Assembly (NCBI GenBank): GCA_016290975.1
Contig: JAEEVS010000010.1
Coordinates: 4,481-68,480, forward strand
Direction of reading: 5' to 3'
Source of the DNA: Prevotella sp.
Lineage (GTDB): Bacteria > Bacteroidota > Bacteroidia > Bacteroidales > Bacteroidaceae
DNA: 64,000 bases
Part shown: positions 60,569 to 64,000 of the stretch, one piece after another
How positions within the stretch are numbered: the stretch's first letter is position 1
Layout: every line of letters starts with the position of its first letter
The notes under the pieces: generated by a model
What the model was told of the DNA's origin: nothing
What the model saw: only the letters and a program-made list of their open reading frames with translations
The model's database searches: none
Translations under genes and position numbers: made by a program

Positions 60569-60836
60569 GAGAATTTTCAAAAATAACCTCATAAGGTCAC
60601 TAAAACGCTCTCAAGGCGCATGAATACTGGGCTAAGGATAGTGACCTTTCTTCTGTACACCTCACTAAGAGGTCACTTGACCTCATGATTAGTATCGATG
60701 TGAAGACAATAGTGACCTCTGTAGTGACCTGTATAGTGACCTATTTCGAAAAGAGGTCACTATCGGGAAGGCGCATAAACACTGGGATAACAGGGGATTA
60801 AGTGAGGTTAGGAGGTTATTTACGAAAAACTTCTCG
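60569..60836. repeat. ~270-bp MITE-like element with AGTGACCT/AGGTCACT repeats
   Basis: Ends GAGAATTTTCAAAAATAACCTC / GAGGTTATTTACGAAAAACTTCTC; about 7 AGTGACCT sites in both orientations; direct repeat AAGGCGCATRAAYACTGGG x2. Confidence 0.7.
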
Positions 60837-60892
60837 TTTTTCGTAAAATTAGAAATTGAAAAATTAGAAATTAGTTTTTTTTCTCTCTTTTT

Positions 60893-60970
60893 GTAAAAGC
60901 AATGCTTTTAGAGACAGAAGTAATGCTTTTAGATGCAGAAGTAATGCTTCTGCATCTAAAGGTTATGCTA
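60893..60970. repeat. 21-bp tandem repeat (CAGAAGTAATGCTTTTAGAGA-like x ~3.5)
   Basis: Related CAGAAGTAATGC units also occur at about 35634-35670. Confidence 0.75.
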
Positions 60971-61110
60971 TTCTTTCGGACGGGGATTATTCCTGTCGCT
61001 CTTTATTCGTTTTTCTTCGAAGGGGTTGATGGTTTTCTCATCCTCAAATTCTTCGTCGCCCTTGCGTGTCCAGTATTGACCCATTTAGATAATTGACAAT
61101 TGATTTTTTT

Positions 61111-61342
61111 AGGAGTTAAAGGGAGTTAGAGGGAGTTAGAGGGACAATACAAGATTTTAGGAGTTAGAGGAGTTAAAGGAGTTATCGTGGCTTGCAGCCA
61201 CTTAGACAATACAAGAACTTGGTTCAAGAGTTCAATAGTTCAAAGGTAATGTCTTTTCTTCGAGCGAAGCTCTTCAGGCGAGCAGAGCTCGGAGTCCTTC
61301 TAAGCTCGAAGAGCGTTAACTTCTATAACTTCTTTACTTCTT
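61111..61342. repeat. Gene-less GGAGTTA array cassette with nested repeats
   Basis: GGAGTTA arrays ending GGGACAA, GGTAATGTC junction, AGTTCAA repeats, partial 80-bp element, opposite arm TTAACTTCTATAACTTCT. Confidence 0.7.
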
Positions 61343-61347
61343 GATAA

Positions 61348-61809
61348 TTACAGCTCTTTGTTGAGATTTACCATTTCGATAGCTGAAATCATAGCATCGG
61401 CACCCTTGTTGCCTGCCTTAGTACCTGCACGCTCCACTGCCTGCTCGATAGAGTCGGTGGTGAGGATGCCGTTGAGAACGGGTACACCTGACTGCATTGC
61501 CGCCTGAGCGATGCCCTTGGCTGACTCGTTAGCCACCATATCGAAATGAGGGGTAGCACCACGAATGACGGCACCGAGACAAACGACTGCGTCATACTTG
61601 CCGCTGGCTGCCATCTTCTGCGCTGTGAGAGGTATCTCGAAAGCACCTGGAACGAGGGCGAGGGTGAGGTCGTCGGAGTTGCCTCCGTGACGTACGAAAC
61701 AGTCTTCAGCACCTGCTACGAGGTGGTTTACTATGAAGTCATTAAAACGAGAGGCTACGATGCCTACCTTCATGCCAGCTGCCACCAGCTTTCCTTCAAT
61801 CTTTTTCAT
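61348..61809 (-). CDS. ribH: 6,7-dimethyl-8-ribityllumazine synthase
   Basis: [35 protein letters not shown]. Confidence 0.96.
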   Translation of the reverse strand: MKKIEGKLVAAGMKVGIVASRFNDFIVNHLVAGAEDCFVRHGGNSDDLTLALVPGAFEIPLTAQKMAASGKYDAVVCLGAVIRGATPHFDMVANESAKGIAQAAMQSGVPVLNGILTTDSIEQAVERAGTKAGNKGADAMISAIEMVNLNKEL

Positions 61810-61866
61810 ATTCTTTTTTAGGAGTTAAGGAGTTAAGTTGTTAAGGAGTTAAGATATTACCTTGAA

Positions 61867-63093
61867 TTATTCTTTCTTTTTAGGGTTCTTTACATGAAGC
61901 AAATGACCCATCTTAGCGTATTTGGTGTACATATAGAACTCATCTTTCTCGTTGCAGGTCATCTCGATGGGTTCACGGGAAACGACCCTCAAACCGAAAC
62001 CGTCTATGCCACTAATCTTCTGAGGATTGTTGGTCATGAGGATGAGGTCACGCACACCAAGGTCGGCAAGGATGCTGGCACCTGTGCCATACTCGCGGAG
62101 GTCGGCAGCAAAGCCGAGTGCTATGTTAGCCTCAACGGTGTCCATGCCCTGATCCTGCAGGTTGTAAGCCTTGAGTTTATTGATGAGTCCGATGCCACGA
62201 CCCTCCTGACGCAGGTAGAGCAACACTCCCCTACCCTTTGCCTCGATGCGACGCATAGCCTCGGCAAGCTGTTCGCCACAGTCGCAACGCAAACTGCCAA
62301 AGGCATCGCCCGTGAGACACTCGGAGTGAACACGGCAGAGGACTGGTTCGGGGGTGCTCACATCGCCCTTGACGAGTGCCACATGATGTTCGCCAGTCAC
62401 CTTGTTGATATAGCCCACAGCACGGAAAGAGCCGTACTTGGTAGGCAGTTCGGCATCGGTCACACGCTCTATGAGTTTCTCGGTGCGACGACGATACTCT
62501 ATGAGCGACTTGATGGTTACGCAGACGAGGTCGTGCTTCTTGGCAAGCTCAAGCAGTTCGGTGGTACGCATCATAGTACCATCCTCGCGCATTATCTCGC
62601 AACAGAGACCAGCCTCGGTGAGTCCTGCCAGACGACACAGGTCAACGGTTGCCTCAGTATGACCTGAGCGCACCAGCACACCACCCTCGCGGGCCTGCAG
62701 AGGGAACATGTGACCAGGACGACGGAAGTCGATGGGTTTGCTGTCAGGGTCGGCTATGGCACGTGCCGTCACGCCACGCTCCACGGCTGAGATGCCTGTG
62801 GTGGTGGAGATATGGTCAACAGAGACGGTGAATGCCGTCTGGTGGTTGTCGCTGTTGTGCATCACCATCTGAGGCAGGTCGAGTCGTTCGCACAACGCCT
62901 TGCTCATAGGCATACATATCAGTCCCTTGGCTACGCTCGCCATGAGGTTGACGTTCTCTGTAGTAGCAAACTGTGCCGCACAGATGAGGTCGCCCTCATT
63001 CTCACGGTCAGGGTCGTCTATCACAAGTATGCACTTACCTTTACGGAGTGCATCAAGAGCTTCTTCTATTGTATTGAAATCGTACATATTCAC
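61867..63093 (-). CDS. ribBA: Bifunctional DHBP synthase / GTP cyclohydrolase II
   Basis: [49 protein letters not shown]. Confidence 0.96.
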   Translation of the reverse strand: MNMYDFNTIEEALDALRKGKCILVIDDPDRENEGDLICAAQFATTENVNLMASVAKGLICMPMSKALCERLDLPQMVMHNSDNHQTAFTVSVDHISTTTGISAVERGVTARAIADPDSKPIDFRRPGHMFPLQAREGGVLVRSGHTEATVDLCRLAGLTEAGLCCEIMREDGTMMRTTELLELAKKHDLVCVTIKSLIEYRRRTEKLIERVTDAELPTKYGSFRAVGYINKVTGEHHVALVKGDVSTPEPVLCRVHSECLTGDAFGSLRCDCGEQLAEAMRRIEAKGRGVLLYLRQEGRGIGLINKLKAYNLQDQGMDTVEANIALGFAADLREYGTGASILADLGVRDLILMTNNPQKISGIDGFGLRVVSREPIEMTCNEKDEFYMYTKYAKMGHLLHVKNPKKKE

Positions 63094-63782
63094 TTTAACA
63101 TAAAATCACGGTAGAAAGCTTCGGTTTTCGTTTGCGTAGCAACCTCTGGTTGCGTTTCGTAGGCGCTTACGCCGTTTCGTACGAAGTTCTCTACGTATTT
63201 GGCTATCACGTCGTTCTCAAGGTTTACTACATCACCCACCTTAACCGAATGGAGCGTGGTGGCGCCCTGAGAGTGTGGGATGAGAGAGACGGCGAAAGTG
63301 GACTCACCCCCTGCCCTCTCTTGCATAGAGGGAGCCTTGGCAACAGTGAGACTGACACCCTGAATGGTTATGCTGCCTTTATCTATGATGTAGCGCATGA
63401 TATGGGCTGGTGCCTCAATCCACAGCCACAGGGCGGTATCGTCCTGCTGACGCTTTATCACCTTGCCTGTGCCGTCGATATGACCAGAGACGATGTGACC
63501 GCCGAGGCGCGACTGCAGGGTGAGAGCGCGCTCAAGGTTTACCTTGCTGCCTGGTTTGAGCAGACTGAAGGAGGTCATGCGCATGGTCTGGGGCATTACG
63601 TCGGCAGTGAAGGAGGATGGTGCCACGGTGGTGGCTGTAAGGCATACGCCATTGGTACAGATGGAATCGCCCACCTCAGTACCCTCGAGCACTTTGGAGG
63701 CAGATATTTCGAGAGTGATGCTCTTGGCACCCCTCTTAATACTCTTTACGGTTCCTATTTCTTCTACTATACCTGTAAACAT
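63090..63782 (-). CDS. ribE: Riboflavin synthase
   Basis: N-terminal [34 protein letters not shown]. Confidence 0.96.
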   Translation of the reverse strand: MFTGIVEEIGTVKSIKRGAKSITLEISASKVLEGTEVGDSICTNGVCLTATTVAPSSFTADVMPQTMRMTSFSLLKPGSKVNLERALTLQSRLGGHIVSGHIDGTGKVIKRQQDDTALWLWIEAPAHIMRYIIDKGSITIQGVSLTVAKAPSMQERAGGESTFAVSLIPHSQGATTLHSVKVGDVVNLENDVIAKYVENFVRNGVSAYETQPEVATQTKTEAFYRDFMLK

Positions 63783-63809
63783 AAACTTCGTACGAAACGC
63801 AACCAGAGG

Positions 63810-64000
63810 TTATTTCTTCACCAGTCCTGATATCATCACGTCGCCACCTACAGTCTCGACTATCTGGTCTTCGAGTTCTATAGCCTCAGACATAAGGGTT
63901 ACTCCCTCGCCTTCGACAGGGGTGCGAGCGCTCTTACCACCTATTATCTTAGGAGCCACGAATGCCACAACCTCGTCAATCAGTCCCTCACTGAGCAGAG
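63810..64000 (-). CDS. ribD: RibD deaminase/reductase, C-terminal part (truncated by window edge)
   Basis: Manual translation LLSEGLIDEVVAFVAPKIIGGKSARTPVEGEG...GGDVMISGLVKK*; position upstream of ribE. Confidence 0.85.
   Translation of the reverse strand, partial: LLSEGLIDEVVAFVAPKIIGGKSARTPVEGEGVTLMSEAIELEDQIVETVGGDVMISGLVKK

Noticed and set aside
60902-61096. 64-aa ORF
   Set aside because: Derived from the 21-bp tandem repeat (LLxxEVM).

Overview
AT/GC pattern, gene content and TAnnTTTG promoter boxes indicate a Bacteroidales (Prevotella-like) chromosome segment. The core genes are an acyl-CoA carboxylase pair, a Dna2-like nuclease-helicase, fprA, an Fe-alcohol dehydrogenase, a PL9-type lyase, rlmN, a pdxA-like gene, a sigma54 activator, lptE, secG, two tRNA-Val, mutL, an OstA-like gene, two PPIases, guaB, mlaE/mlaF and a ribD-E-BA-H operon. 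The accessory parts are a PARIS-like ATPase + DUF4435 pair, two adjacent giant secreted GGG-repeat proteins (about 3900 and 3620 aa), a Phd/YafQ toxin-antitoxin module inserted in the mlaF 3' end, and a Sel1/SHOCT gene trio bracketed by IS-like inverted repeats. The most striking signal is not annotated by the ORF track. Several families of short repeat and hairpin elements occur throughout the window, many of them in frame inside housekeeping genes. One composite ~90-bp hairpin is shared by rlmN and the ATPase. A four-helix-bundle gene sits in the loop of an 11-bp-unit inverted tandem array, and gene-less versions of that cassette occur elsewhere in the window. All calls come from reading the sequence; no database searches were run.
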